NCBI GenBank assembly: GCA_963710015.1
Contig: CAVPYP010000005.1
Coordinates: 52,841 to 116,840 of the forward strand
Direction: 5' to 3'
Length of the DNA stretch: 64,000 bases
Source: an uncultured delta proteobacterium
GTDB taxonomy: Bacteria > Desulfobacterota > Desulfobulbia > Desulfobulbales > Desulfocapsaceae
A program made the translations under genes and the position numbers. Below are positions 27,652 to 36,660 of this stretch, piece after piece (within the stretch, counting starts at the first letter, position 1; the number at the start of each line of letters is the position of its first letter). The notes below the pieces were generated by a model. It saw nothing but the letters and a program-made list of their open reading frames with translations, was not told the origin of the DNA and did not search any database.

Positions 27652-28575
27652 ATGAAGTTTGAGACATTTGCGAAACCTGATTTTATAGGGATCGGTCCGC
27701 CAAAGACTGGTACCACCTGGATTTATGCGAACCTGCTGAACCACCCGCAGGTGGAGATGCCCCCTGACAAGGAGATCAGGTATTTCTGGGAAAAACATTT
27801 TATCGGAAAATTAACCCTCAGGGAGTGGCTGACCAGTGATCACTGGCATGTCAGAGGAAGAAGAACCTATCATAAAAACAGGTTTCGCAAGCATTTCCTG
27901 GACGCGGCAGCGTTCAAGCTCAATGTCAAGGAGTTACGCTGGGACTGGAAATATCTGAGTCGGAACCGCACGGATAAATGGTATGCGTCCCTGTTTCAGG
28001 AGCATGTCATCAGTGGCGATATCACGGCAAAGTATTGTGAACTGCCGGCAGATGAGATAGTCAATATAAGCAGGGTTTTCCCACGGCTGAAAATCATCAT
28101 TACGCTTCGTGATCCCATCGAGCGGGAGTGGTCACGGGCCAAAATGAACCTGAGTAAAAAACCAGGCCGCCAGCTATCTGACGTGACGCACCAGGAATTT
28201 ATCGACCAGTTCAACGACCCGCCTCAGAAGAAATCTAATGATTATGCTGCATTGATTGATCAGTGGCGGAAAGGCTTTGACAAAGATCAAATTCTGGTTC
28301 TCTTTTATGATGAACTCTTGGAAAATCCGTTCCGCTACTTTTCTAAACTTTGTGAATTCCTGGCAATCAGCGGTCCCGATTCGAGTGCCAGGAGGGAGCT
28401 GGAAAAATATGTCTTCAAGGGGGTGAGAGGGGTGGTTCCCGAGGTCTATAAAGATGCGTTGTTCAGTATGCACAAGGAGCATATTTGTAGGCTGATAGAT
28501 TACGCTCCCACCGCTGATTATCCCAGGAACTGGTTGAAGAAGTACCAGGCGGCTGGTGAATCAGCGGGCAGTTAA
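27652..28575 (+). CDS. PAPS-dependent sulfotransferase-family protein
   Basis: The 5'-PSB loop is GPPKTGTTW and the 3'-PB motif is TLRDPIEREWS. There is no signal peptide. Confidence 0.75.
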   Translation: MKFETFAKPDFIGIGPPKTGTTWIYANLLNHPQVEMPPDKEIRYFWEKHFIGKLTLREWLTSDHWHVRGRRTYHKNRFRKHFLDAAAFKLNVKELRWDWKYLSRNRTDKWYASLFQEHVISGDITAKYCELPADEIVNISRVFPRLKIIITLRDPIEREWSRAKMNLSKKPGRQLSDVTHQEFIDQFNDPPQKKSNDYAALIDQWRKGFDKDQILVLFYDELLENPFRYFSKLCEFLAISGPDSSARRELEKYVFKGVRGVVPEVYKDALFSMHKEHICRLIDYAPTADYPRNWLKKYQAAGESAGS

Positions 28576-28623
28576 AAATCACAGCCCCGGCCATTCGAAA
28601 AAGCTGAGCCTGTTTTTATAGTA

Positions 28624-28651
28624 TTGACTATTTTAAAATGTTTGCTATTAA
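28624..28651 (+). promoter_or_regulatory. Sigma70-like promoter (TTGACT-16-TATTAA) feeding the riboswitch
   Basis: Read directly. It lies just upstream of the P1 helix of the riboswitch. Confidence 0.45.
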
Positions 28652-28865
28652 TGGTCCACTAGAGAAGCATGAAGGTAAGCCTCTGGAAGGCTTCAGGAAA
28701 TGGGACATTGTTTTCTGCAGGGAACCCGATGAAATTCCGGGACGGACCCGCCGCTGTGAGTGAGGACGAGGGCTGTATTAAGCCACTTCATTGCAGGTAA
28801 GCTTACGAAGCAATGGGGGAAGGCAGAGCCTGTAGGATGATCCACGAGTCAGAATATCTGACCTC
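28650..28865 (+). promoter_or_regulatory. Cobalamin (B12) riboswitch
   Basis: The core is GGGAACCCGAUGAAAUUCCGGGACGGACCCGCCGCUGUGA (28720-28759). GCCACUU..hairpin..GGGGGAAGGC spans 28782-28824. The B12-box-like AGUCAGAAUAUCUGACC lies at 28847-28863. P1 pairs GGUC with GACC. Confidence 0.85.
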
Positions 28866-28897
28866 ATTGCTTAAACCTCTCGGAGAGACGGTAAATC

Positions 28898-28937
28898 CCC
28901 GAGCTGACATAATTTGTGTCGGTTTGGGATTTTTTTT
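28898..28937 (+). terminator. Intrinsic terminator forming the riboswitch expression platform
   Basis: CCCGAGCUGAC / 9-nt loop / GUCGGUUUGGG (11 bp including 3 G-U pairs), followed by A+U8. It lies 70 nt before the transporter ATG. Confidence 0.6.
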
Positions 28938-29006
28938 GCCGACTCGGATGACAATGGCTGAAACGGTTATGCAACGGCACACCGGACTCCATTGGCGGGA
29001 GATCTT

Positions 29007-30980
29007 ATGGACAATTATTCTATTTTTCTCACTCTTCTGGCTGGTTACATCTCGTTTCTTTTTATGATCGGATACCTGTTTAACAGGCGTCAAACATCGT
29101 TAAGAGAATTTCTCCTGGGCGGCAGGCGCGCGGGGACGCTTTCCATCGGTTTTTCAGCGGCAGCCTCCTGGCTGACAGCTGGTGCTTTACTTGCCGTGAT
29201 CGGCTTTTTCATGCTTCTCGGCATGGGTTCTATCTGGGGATTTGTGGCACCCAATATTTTGGCCTTGCTGGCGATCGCTCTGCTCGTTCCCAAGATTCGC
29301 TCAATACCAGCCATGACCCAGCCGGAACTCCTTGAAATTCGCTATGGCTCATTTCTCAGGCTTCCTGTGGCCCTGATAATCATTGTGGTCATGATTCTCT
29401 TTACGGTTGCAGATATTAAGGGCTTTGCCATGGTGTTACAGGTGTTTTACGGCATTGATCCCCTGCAGGCTGCTGTTATTGTCGGCTTGTCTGTGGCTGT
29501 ATACGTCACACTCGGCGGTCTTTCAGCGGTGATAACTACTGATATTATTCAGTATCTATGCCTCGCAGGTTTTGTTCTGGTTATGGCTGTGCTGGTCATG
29601 GGCGGGGCCGGCGAAGTCTCCGACATGAGTGAAAGAGATCTCTTCCTTTCGGCTGACAACACATGGTGGAATCCCCTGTCAATCGGTCTGCCGATGATAC
29701 TCATATTCTGCTGCGCTATACTGCCTGGCTGGGTAAGCGAGCAGGACCCCTGGCAGAAGATATGGGCGGCCCGTGATCAGCGGTCGGCCAGAAACGGCAT
29801 GTTTTTGGGGGCAATACTGGTTTTCGCAGCCTTTTCAGGATGTGCGGTCATTGCCCTGGGCTTGAATGTGCTTTACCCCGAAATCGGTGCGATGGGTTTT
29901 CCAATGGGACTGGCAAAGGGTGAGTCAGCCCTTCTGATTTTTATCATAGATAGTGGCTTTTCAGATATCGCAGTTGCTCTCTGTGCAGTGGCCCTGGCAA
30001 CTGCAGCAATGTCGTGTGCCGATACATTCGCCGCCTCAGGCGCTTCATGCATAGCACGAGATCTTTACCAGCGCTACCTGAACCCTGCAGCTTCTGTGCA
30101 CCAGATGATGGTAATAAATCGTCTCAGTGTCCTGATAATCATCGGTTGCTCAGTTCTCGGATCATTTTTTATCGACTCCATTATCGATGCGATTCATATC
30201 GCCACCTTTATTGCCAGCGCCTCATACTTTTTTGCTCTTATGGGCGGTATTTACTGGAAGAGAGGAACTGGTATCGGGGCCGCCACATCTTTAATCAGCG
30301 GATTTGTGCTGCAATCAACCCTGATAATTGTTGATTTGATCGCTACCCAGAAGGGGGCTCCTTCTTACCTGGAGTCCCTCCACCCATTATTGATGGGCCA
30401 CGGCGTTATCGCTGCCATGTCTGTAAGCGGTCTGGTTTACCTGGGTGTGTCAATGGCGACAAGCCCCTCAGAGCGTTTCAGGCTGGCGCCATTTTTCAAG
30501 TCCGAGGCAGCGCTGATGGCCCCAGCCAGCAGTGATCTGTCCAACAGCCACGGCTTTCCTGAAGGCACAGCTGTCTCCGAAACGTTATCCGGAACGACAA
30601 TCTTTTGCAGGGTGAGTATTGAATTTTCACCCCGGTTCAGTTGGAAGGAGGTCGTCAGATCGATTTCCTCACGCTATCCCTACTGGGTCTCCTGGTGCGG
30701 GATAGAGACAATTCGAAGATGTACCACCGCAGATATCAATTCAGCAGTATCCTTATCTCCGGGAGAGACATCAACGGGCTGCTGGCTTGAAATTGAAGGG
30801 GATGCTGCGTTTGCAGATGATTTACGCCGGGAGCTCGCTTCTGCGTTCGCGGAAGTACAGCGCACTGTTGAGGTGATGCCGAAGGAGCGTCGTGAAGATC
30901 ATCCCAGCGCCGCTGGGGCAGGAAAGGTTGCGGTTCATGAATCTATGTCGGTTGCCCTGCTGGCAGATAGGAGCGAATAA
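29007..30980 (+). CDS. Sodium:solute symporter (SSS) family transporter with ~170-aa uncharacterised C-terminal domain
   Basis: A GGGAG ribosome-binding site is present. About 13-14 TM segments fit the SSS pattern (...GGLSAVITTDIIQY...). The soluble tail runs 30468-30977. Confidence 0.85.
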   Translation: MDNYSIFLTLLAGYISFLFMIGYLFNRRQTSLREFLLGGRRAGTLSIGFSAAASWLTAGALLAVIGFFMLLGMGSIWGFVAPNILALLAIALLVPKIRSIPAMTQPELLEIRYGSFLRLPVALIIIVVMILFTVADIKGFAMVLQVFYGIDPLQAAVIVGLSVAVYVTLGGLSAVITTDIIQYLCLAGFVLVMAVLVMGGAGEVSDMSERDLFLSADNTWWNPLSIGLPMILIFCCAILPGWVSEQDPWQKIWAARDQRSARNGMFLGAILVFAAFSGCAVIALGLNVLYPEIGAMGFPMGLAKGESALLIFIIDSGFSDIAVALCAVALATAAMSCADTFAASGASCIARDLYQRYLNPAASVHQMMVINRLSVLIIIGCSVLGSFFIDSIIDAIHIATFIASASYFFALMGGIYWKRGTGIGAATSLISGFVLQSTLIIVDLIATQKGAPSYLESLHPLLMGHGVIAAMSVSGLVYLGVSMATSPSERFRLAPFFKSEAALMAPASSDLSNSHGFPEGTAVSETLSGTTIFCRVSIEFSPRFSWKEVVRSISSRYPYWVSWCGIETIRRCTTADINSAVSLSPGETSTGCWLEIEGDAAFADDLRRELASAFAEVQRTVEVMPKERREDHPSAAGAGKVAVHESMSVALLADRSE

Positions 30981-31323
30981 GGATGTTCCTGAGTTTCCGG
31001 CGTGATGAGACCATCTGCCGGAGGGGAAAATAGATCTTTATCTACTCCAGTGGTAAGAGTCGTTGAGCTGGGAGACAGCCGCCTTAATAGCAAAAACACG
31101 CTGTCAAAACCAGTGTATTGATAAGCCTTTATCTCAGATCTCGGCAGAAACGCGCACACTAGCAGAGGAGTTGCGCCGCCATCAGAGCGATGAGCTATTT
31201 TGACCTGGAGGCCTCCATGCGCTTGAGAAACAGTGCCGGTTCGTGTTAGGTTATCAGGGTGCGAGATTGTTCTCTTTCTCTCGGGATTCCATCAGGTCAC
31301 TTTTTCGAAGAGGTACGATCACT

Positions 31324-31587
31324 ATGAGCCAGGAATACTCCTTTACCCTGACAGTCCCCCTCGTTGATCGCTCAATGGCGGAGTCCTTTCTGGAACAGGC
31401 AAAAAAGCGATTTCCCCATATTCGTATCAGCAGAAAAACCAACAGAAAACAGTGCGCCCGATACTACCTGAGTTTTCCATTTTCCAATGCTCGGCCGGAC
31501 CTTAAATTCGAGGAGTGGTTCCAGGAACTGGGGAAAAATGACTGGGATCTTTTCGGACCGACCTACGGGCGATGGGGGCTTGCCTGA
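31324..31587 (+). CDS. Hypothetical protein (87 aa)
   Basis: The ATG follows GAAGAGG. I recognise no family (MSQEYSFTLTVPLVDRSMAESFLEQAKKRF...). Confidence 0.4.
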   Translation: MSQEYSFTLTVPLVDRSMAESFLEQAKKRFPHIRISRKTNRKQCARYYLSFPFSNARPDLKFEEWFQELGKNDWDLFGPTYGRWGLA

Positions 31588-31633
31588 GACAGGAACATGG
31601 TGTTTCAGACGGTCAGTTTCAAGACCCGCCCAG

Positions 31634-31653
31634 ACAGAGTCGGCCGACTCTGT
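31634..31653. terminator. Perfect 20-nt palindrome between convergent genes
   Basis: acagagtcgg|ccgactctgt, read directly. Confidence 0.4.
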
Positions 31654-31684
31654 TCGGTGAGGATGGCTGAAGGCGGCCTGTCAT

Positions 31685-33982
31685 TTAAAGCATGCAGGTA
31701 CTCATAACCTGTTTCAGGTCGGTGAGCCCTTCGAAGATCAGATGAATTCCCTCCTGCAGCAGTACTGTCATGCCATCATCAATTGCGGCCAGTTTGATCT
31801 CTTCGGCCGGTTCCTTGCGGATGATCTGGTCCTTGATCTGCCGGTTGGCGACCAGCAGTTCGAAAAGCCCCTTTCTTCCCTTGTAGCCGCTGCCGTTGCA
31901 TTCATCACAGCCATTTGACCGAAAAAGCGTCAGATCTTTTGAGTAATTGATATTTAAATGTTCAAAAAACAGGGCGCCGTAATGATGTACCAGGTGATCA
32001 TACTCCTGCTTGGATGGGTTGTACGGTTCCTTGCACTCCTCGCACAGCGTCCTGACCAGCCGCTGGGCGAGCACCCCGAGCAGGGCATCGGAAAAATTAA
32101 ATGGGTCCATGCCCATATCGATCAGTCTGATCACTGTTTCAGCAGCTGAATTTGTGTGAAGTGTGCTGAAAACGAGATGACCGGTCAGCGAGGCTTCAAT
32201 ACCCATCTTTGCGGTTTCCTGGTCACGCATTTCACCAATCATTATGACGTCTGGATCTGCCCGCAGGAAGGCCCGCATCGCGGCGGCAAAGGTGTAGCCG
32301 ATATATGGTTTCACCTGAACCTGGCGGAGGCGGTATTGGGTTATTTCCACCGGATCTTCGGCCGTCCATATTTTTTTATCAGGAGTATTTATGTAACGTA
32401 AAACCGAATGGAGCGTTGTTGTTTTACCAGAACCGGTTGGCCCGACAACCAGGAAAATACCATATGGCTTGGTGATTACCGGGACAAGGCGCTCAAGAAT
32501 TCTTTCCGGGGCAATCTGGAGCATCGGGAGCGGCTTGCTGTCTGCCAGAATACGCAGAACCACATCCTCGTTACCATCAGCAGTTGGCAGTGTCGCCACG
32601 CGTAACTCAACATTATTTGCCTGGGTTGTGGTAAATTTAATTTTTCCGTCCTGAGGTTTCCTGCGTTCTGAAATATCCAGATCAGCCAATACTTTTATCC
32701 GTGCAATGACAGATCTGACATTGGTTTTGGGGATGTTGATGATATGTGAACAGGCGCCGTCGACGCGGAACCGCACTTCTGCATCCTTCAGATTTCCATA
32801 TGGTTCTATATGGATATCAGAGGCTCCGGCAAAATAGGCGTCTTCAATCATTTTATTGACAAGCTGTACTGCCGGGGTACCGTCAACTTCAACATCGAGC
32901 GGTTCTTCGTCCTGCTGTGCATAGATAGAGTCACTGTACTGCTCTTCTTCCGGTACTTCGTCGATATCACCAATATCTTCGAGATCCTCCTCACTCGGGG
33001 GAGAGACAGAATCGAGCAGTTGTTTTATGTCGTCTCCGAAGGCGAGCAATACACTGACCTTGGAGGCATGAAAAAGTTTTTTAACCTCGAGGATGCCGGT
33101 TTGGTTGGCCGGATTTTTAGCAGCTACAACCAATTCATTTCTTGTTTTCTGCAGCGGTATAACAAAGTGTCTCCGCAGGATGTCAATATTTGCATTTTCA
33201 AGCAGAGATCGTGCCGAGTACTCTTCGATTTTAAGGTCAACAAAACGTGTTTTATAGACAGAAGAGAGGGCGTCACCCAGATCGGTCTTGGCAACCATGA
33301 AGTTTTCCATTAGTACCGTCTCAACTTCCTTTTCCTGCTGGGTGGCAATGACCATGGCCCGTTCCATCTCCTGGGCTGAAATGATCTCACGATTGACCAG
33401 CTCTTCATAGCGCATAGGAACTTTTTTACCGCTCTTGTAGTGATTAAACAGTGCGATAGCAAGCGTGTCGGCCAGTTCCTTCATACGGGTTTCGTCAATT
33501 GAATCGAACTCAGCTCCCTGTTTCTTGTTAATGAGTTCGATCACCCCCATCAGGTTGGCTTTATGAACAATCGGGGTTGCCAATATCTGCTTGGACCGAC
33601 TGCCTCCTTTTTTGTCCCAGGAGGAGTCAAAACTCAGGGTCGGATCAATTGCCTGCAGTTCTTCATTGTCATAAACATTTGAAATGTTGAGGGTTTGCTT
33701 TGTTTCGGCGACAAACCCGGTGATTGATGACCGGTTGATATCCATCCTGATCTTGCGCAGTGAGTCACTGGGCAGTAAAACCCATGATACAAGTTTATTT
33801 TTCTTGGCATCGACCAGAAAAATAGTTGCCATCTCAACATTATAGATATTGAGGATCTTATTGCGAAGGCCAACCATGATGGCATTGGGTGATGAAGCTG
33901 AATGAATTTCGTTGACAAGTTTCTTGAAACGATCGTCAAAGATTCGTTGGGAGGCTATTGCGGTGGAAGGATTTTCAGTCAT
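31685..33982 (-). CDS. GspE/PilB-family secretion ATPase with N-terminal GAF domain
   Basis: 765 aa with the order GAF (..GFVAETKQTLNISNVY..GVIELINKK), a T2SSE_N-like domain, then the ATPase core. Walker A is GPTGSGKTT. The Asp/His boxes and the tetracysteine CEECK...CDECNGSGY are present. Confidence 0.88.
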   Translation of the reverse strand: MTENPSTAIASQRIFDDRFKKLVNEIHSASSPNAIMVGLRNKILNIYNVEMATIFLVDAKKNKLVSWVLLPSDSLRKIRMDINRSSITGFVAETKQTLNISNVYDNEELQAIDPTLSFDSSWDKKGGSRSKQILATPIVHKANLMGVIELINKKQGAEFDSIDETRMKELADTLAIALFNHYKSGKKVPMRYEELVNREIISAQEMERAMVIATQQEKEVETVLMENFMVAKTDLGDALSSVYKTRFVDLKIEEYSARSLLENANIDILRRHFVIPLQKTRNELVVAAKNPANQTGILEVKKLFHASKVSVLLAFGDDIKQLLDSVSPPSEEDLEDIGDIDEVPEEEQYSDSIYAQQDEEPLDVEVDGTPAVQLVNKMIEDAYFAGASDIHIEPYGNLKDAEVRFRVDGACSHIINIPKTNVRSVIARIKVLADLDISERRKPQDGKIKFTTTQANNVELRVATLPTADGNEDVVLRILADSKPLPMLQIAPERILERLVPVITKPYGIFLVVGPTGSGKTTTLHSVLRYINTPDKKIWTAEDPVEITQYRLRQVQVKPYIGYTFAAAMRAFLRADPDVIMIGEMRDQETAKMGIEASLTGHLVFSTLHTNSAAETVIRLIDMGMDPFNFSDALLGVLAQRLVRTLCEECKEPYNPSKQEYDHLVHHYGALFFEHLNINYSKDLTLFRSNGCDECNGSGYKGRKGLFELLVANRQIKDQIIRKEPAEEIKLAAIDDGMTVLLQEGIHLIFEGLTDLKQVMSTCML

Positions 33983-34188
33983 ATTTATCTAAGTACTGGT
34001 TAATGTAGCTTATAATTCGGCGCGCTCTGCGAACGGCTGAGCTGCGGGAATATATGTCCGGCAGCCCGATAACACCGTTTAGTATATCACAATCAAAGCA
34101 ACAGTAAAAATTTCGCTGCAATTAATTGAACTGCGTAACCGAAGGATCTGTTTTCTTAGGTAAAAACGGGTGATAGTGTGGTTACAGA

Positions 34189-34237
34189 AAAAAGGCGGGA
34201 GCGCACTGAGGAGGCCTGATGAGCCCCCTCAGTGCGC
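34189..34237 (-). terminator. Rho-independent terminator of the rubrerythrin gene
   Basis: The stem is 11 bp (gcgcactgagg/cctcagtgcgc). On the minus strand it is followed by a T6 run. Confidence 0.65.
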
Positions 34238-34257
34238 TAAAGAAAGAGAGAAAATAA

Positions 34258-34758
34258 TCAGGCTACCTTCTCGAAAACTTTGGACAATGCGCCGCAGATA
34301 GGGCATGTGTGGGGGGCGGTACCCAGTTCGATGTATCCGCAGATGGGGCAGAGATAAAAGTCAGTGACGTCAAGGTCAACACCTGATTTTACGGCTTCAA
34401 GGGCCTTGGTGTAGATTTCGGCATGAACCTTCTCTGCTCCAAGCGCGAAGCGAAACATGGTCTTGGCACGATGGCCCTCCTCGTTGGCCAGTTCGCTCAT
34501 GGGCGGATACATTTCGGTGTATTCATAGGTCTCTCCTTCTATGGCGCCTTTCAGGTTTTCAGCAGTCGAGGCGATGGCGTCAAGAGCCTTGAGGTGCCCC
34601 TCGGCGTGGATTCGCTCGGCCTCCGCTGTTGTCTTAAAAAGCTTGGCGATATTTACGAAACCTTCTCTTTCCGCCTTCTTGGCAAAGGCACTGTATTTCT
34701 GGTAGGCCTGGCTTTCGCCGGCAAACGCATCCTTTAGATTTTCTGTTGTTGAAGCCAT
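34258..34758 (-). CDS. rbr: Rubrerythrin
   Basis: 166 aa with a diiron four-helix domain (ExxH twice) and a C-terminal rubredoxin-like CPICG...CPICG. Confidence 0.92.
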   Translation of the reverse strand: MASTTENLKDAFAGESQAYQKYSAFAKKAEREGFVNIAKLFKTTAEAERIHAEGHLKALDAIASTAENLKGAIEGETYEYTEMYPPMSELANEEGHRAKTMFRFALGAEKVHAEIYTKALEAVKSGVDLDVTDFYLCPICGYIELGTAPHTCPICGALSKVFEKVA

Positions 34759-35046
34759 GTTTTCTCCTCAGGTCAATAGTAAAAGTAGTAATAAAAACAG
34801 TCTGGTGATAGAAACTTTCAGAAACTGACTATACATGAAAAATCTCCATATGCAAAAAGAGAATTCAACTCCCGGATATCTGCGGCTCCAGCCCGGCAGG
34901 TTCGAGCGCAAATGGATGATTCACGGAACAGCTCGATGCTGCTATACTGGGCGAAGGGTCAAATCATGCTGGCAATAGGGTTGGGTCAGGTGCTATAAGT
35001 TAACAGGTGCAAATTTCATAATAATAACCAGTTGGAGTTACTCGCC

Positions 35047-36624
35047 ATGAAGGGGTGGAATCTTCCGTATTGTTCACGAAGGCCGGTGGTAATGGCCTCA
35101 AATATTGTCTCAACCTCGCAGCCGCTCGCTTCACAGGCGGGATTGCGGATGCTGATGGAGGGCGGTAATGGTGTTGATGCTGCACTGGCAGCCGCAATCG
35201 CCTTGACCGTGCTGGAGCCGACAGGCAACGGCATTGGCAGTGATGCCTTTGCGCTGATATGGGATACGAAAGAACTGCATGGAATCAATGGTTCAGGAAG
35301 ATCTCCCGCTTCATGGTCATTTGAGCGCTTTGCCCACCTTGATGAGATGCCCAGATACGGCTGGGACTCTGTGACTGTTCCAGGAGCAGTCTCGGTCTGG
35401 AATGAGCTCTCTGGGCGCTTTGGCAAGCTGCCGTTCCGGCAATTGTTCGAACCGGCTATCGACTATGCCCGCGGGGGCTTCCCCGTGTCTCCGATTATTG
35501 CACGAAAATGGCAGACGGCTGGAGAGATTCACCAGGGTTTCGAAGAATTTTCCAGAGTCTTTCTGCCAGACGGCAGGTCACCTGAAGCCGGTTCGGTCTT
35601 TTATTTCAAAGAGGCTGCTTCGACGCTTGAAGAGATAAGCCAAACGGCAGGAGAATCATTTTACCGCGGAGATCTTGCGCGAGTGATTGCCCGCAGCTCC
35701 AAAGCGCAGGGCGGCGGTTTGAGCTATGCTGATCTTGCCTCGCATCAGGCGCAATGGGTGAGACCCATTAGCCAGCGATATCGGGGCATGGACCTTTTCG
35801 AAATACCGCCCAACGGGCAGGGAATTGCAGCTCTGATTGCACTTGGAATTCTTGATAACTTTGAGCTGAAACAATACCCGGTTGATTCGGTGGACTCGGT
35901 CCACCTGCAGGTGGAGGCGATGAAACTTGCCTTTGCCGATGTCTCCTGCCACCTGGCTGATATTGAAGCGATGAGAATAGATTACCGGGAAATGCTTACT
36001 CCCGGCTACCTGAAAAAAAGAGCTGAAAGTATCGATATGGGCAAAGCTCGGTTACCGGCCAGCGGCATTCCTGAAGGCGGGGGAACGGTCTACCTGGCAG
36101 CTGCAGACGCTGACGGCATGATGGTCTCATTAATCCAGTCAAATTTTAAGGGCTTTGGTTCGGGCATTGTCGTACCTGGGACGGGAATCAGCCTGAATAA
36201 TCGGGGATATGGCTTCAGGGTCCAGGATGGTCATCCAAATTGTGTTGGAGGCAGTAAAAAACCATTCCATACAATTATCCCGGGGTTTGTTATGGCTCGA
36301 GGGGAACCGCTGATGGCGTTTGGTGTTATGGGTGCTCATATGCAGGCACAGGGGCATGTGCAGATGATGACCCGGATCTTTGACTATGGACAGAATCCGC
36401 AGGCTGCGTCTGATGCTCCCCGCTGGCATGTCACCGAGGAATCGGGACTGGCGCTCGAAAATGCATTTCCGCTTTCAGTTATCCAGGGACTCAGGAAGCG
36501 CGGGCATCAGATCTGCCCGGAAGAAGATGATATGTTCGGTGGTGCTCAGCTGATCCTTAAATCGGGAAAGCACTATATTGCCGGGTCAGACCATAGAAAA
36601 GACGGGCAATCGGTGGGCTTTTAG
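35047..36624 (+). CDS. ggt: Gamma-glutamyltransferase
   Basis: GGT family. The autoprocessing site GGGTVYLAAAD is present, followed by the small-subunit motifs. Confidence 0.9.
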   Translation: MKGWNLPYCSRRPVVMASNIVSTSQPLASQAGLRMLMEGGNGVDAALAAAIALTVLEPTGNGIGSDAFALIWDTKELHGINGSGRSPASWSFERFAHLDEMPRYGWDSVTVPGAVSVWNELSGRFGKLPFRQLFEPAIDYARGGFPVSPIIARKWQTAGEIHQGFEEFSRVFLPDGRSPEAGSVFYFKEAASTLEEISQTAGESFYRGDLARVIARSSKAQGGGLSYADLASHQAQWVRPISQRYRGMDLFEIPPNGQGIAALIALGILDNFELKQYPVDSVDSVHLQVEAMKLAFADVSCHLADIEAMRIDYREMLTPGYLKKRAESIDMGKARLPASGIPEGGGTVYLAAADADGMMVSLIQSNFKGFGSGIVVPGTGISLNNRGYGFRVQDGHPNCVGGSKKPFHTIIPGFVMARGEPLMAFGVMGAHMQAQGHVQMMTRIFDYGQNPQAASDAPRWHVTEESGLALENAFPLSVIQGLRKRGHQICPEEDDMFGGAQLILKSGKHYIAGSDHRKDGQSVGF

Positions 36625-36660
36625 GCGTAAAGGCCCGGCTGAAAATGGAAGGTAGACGAT

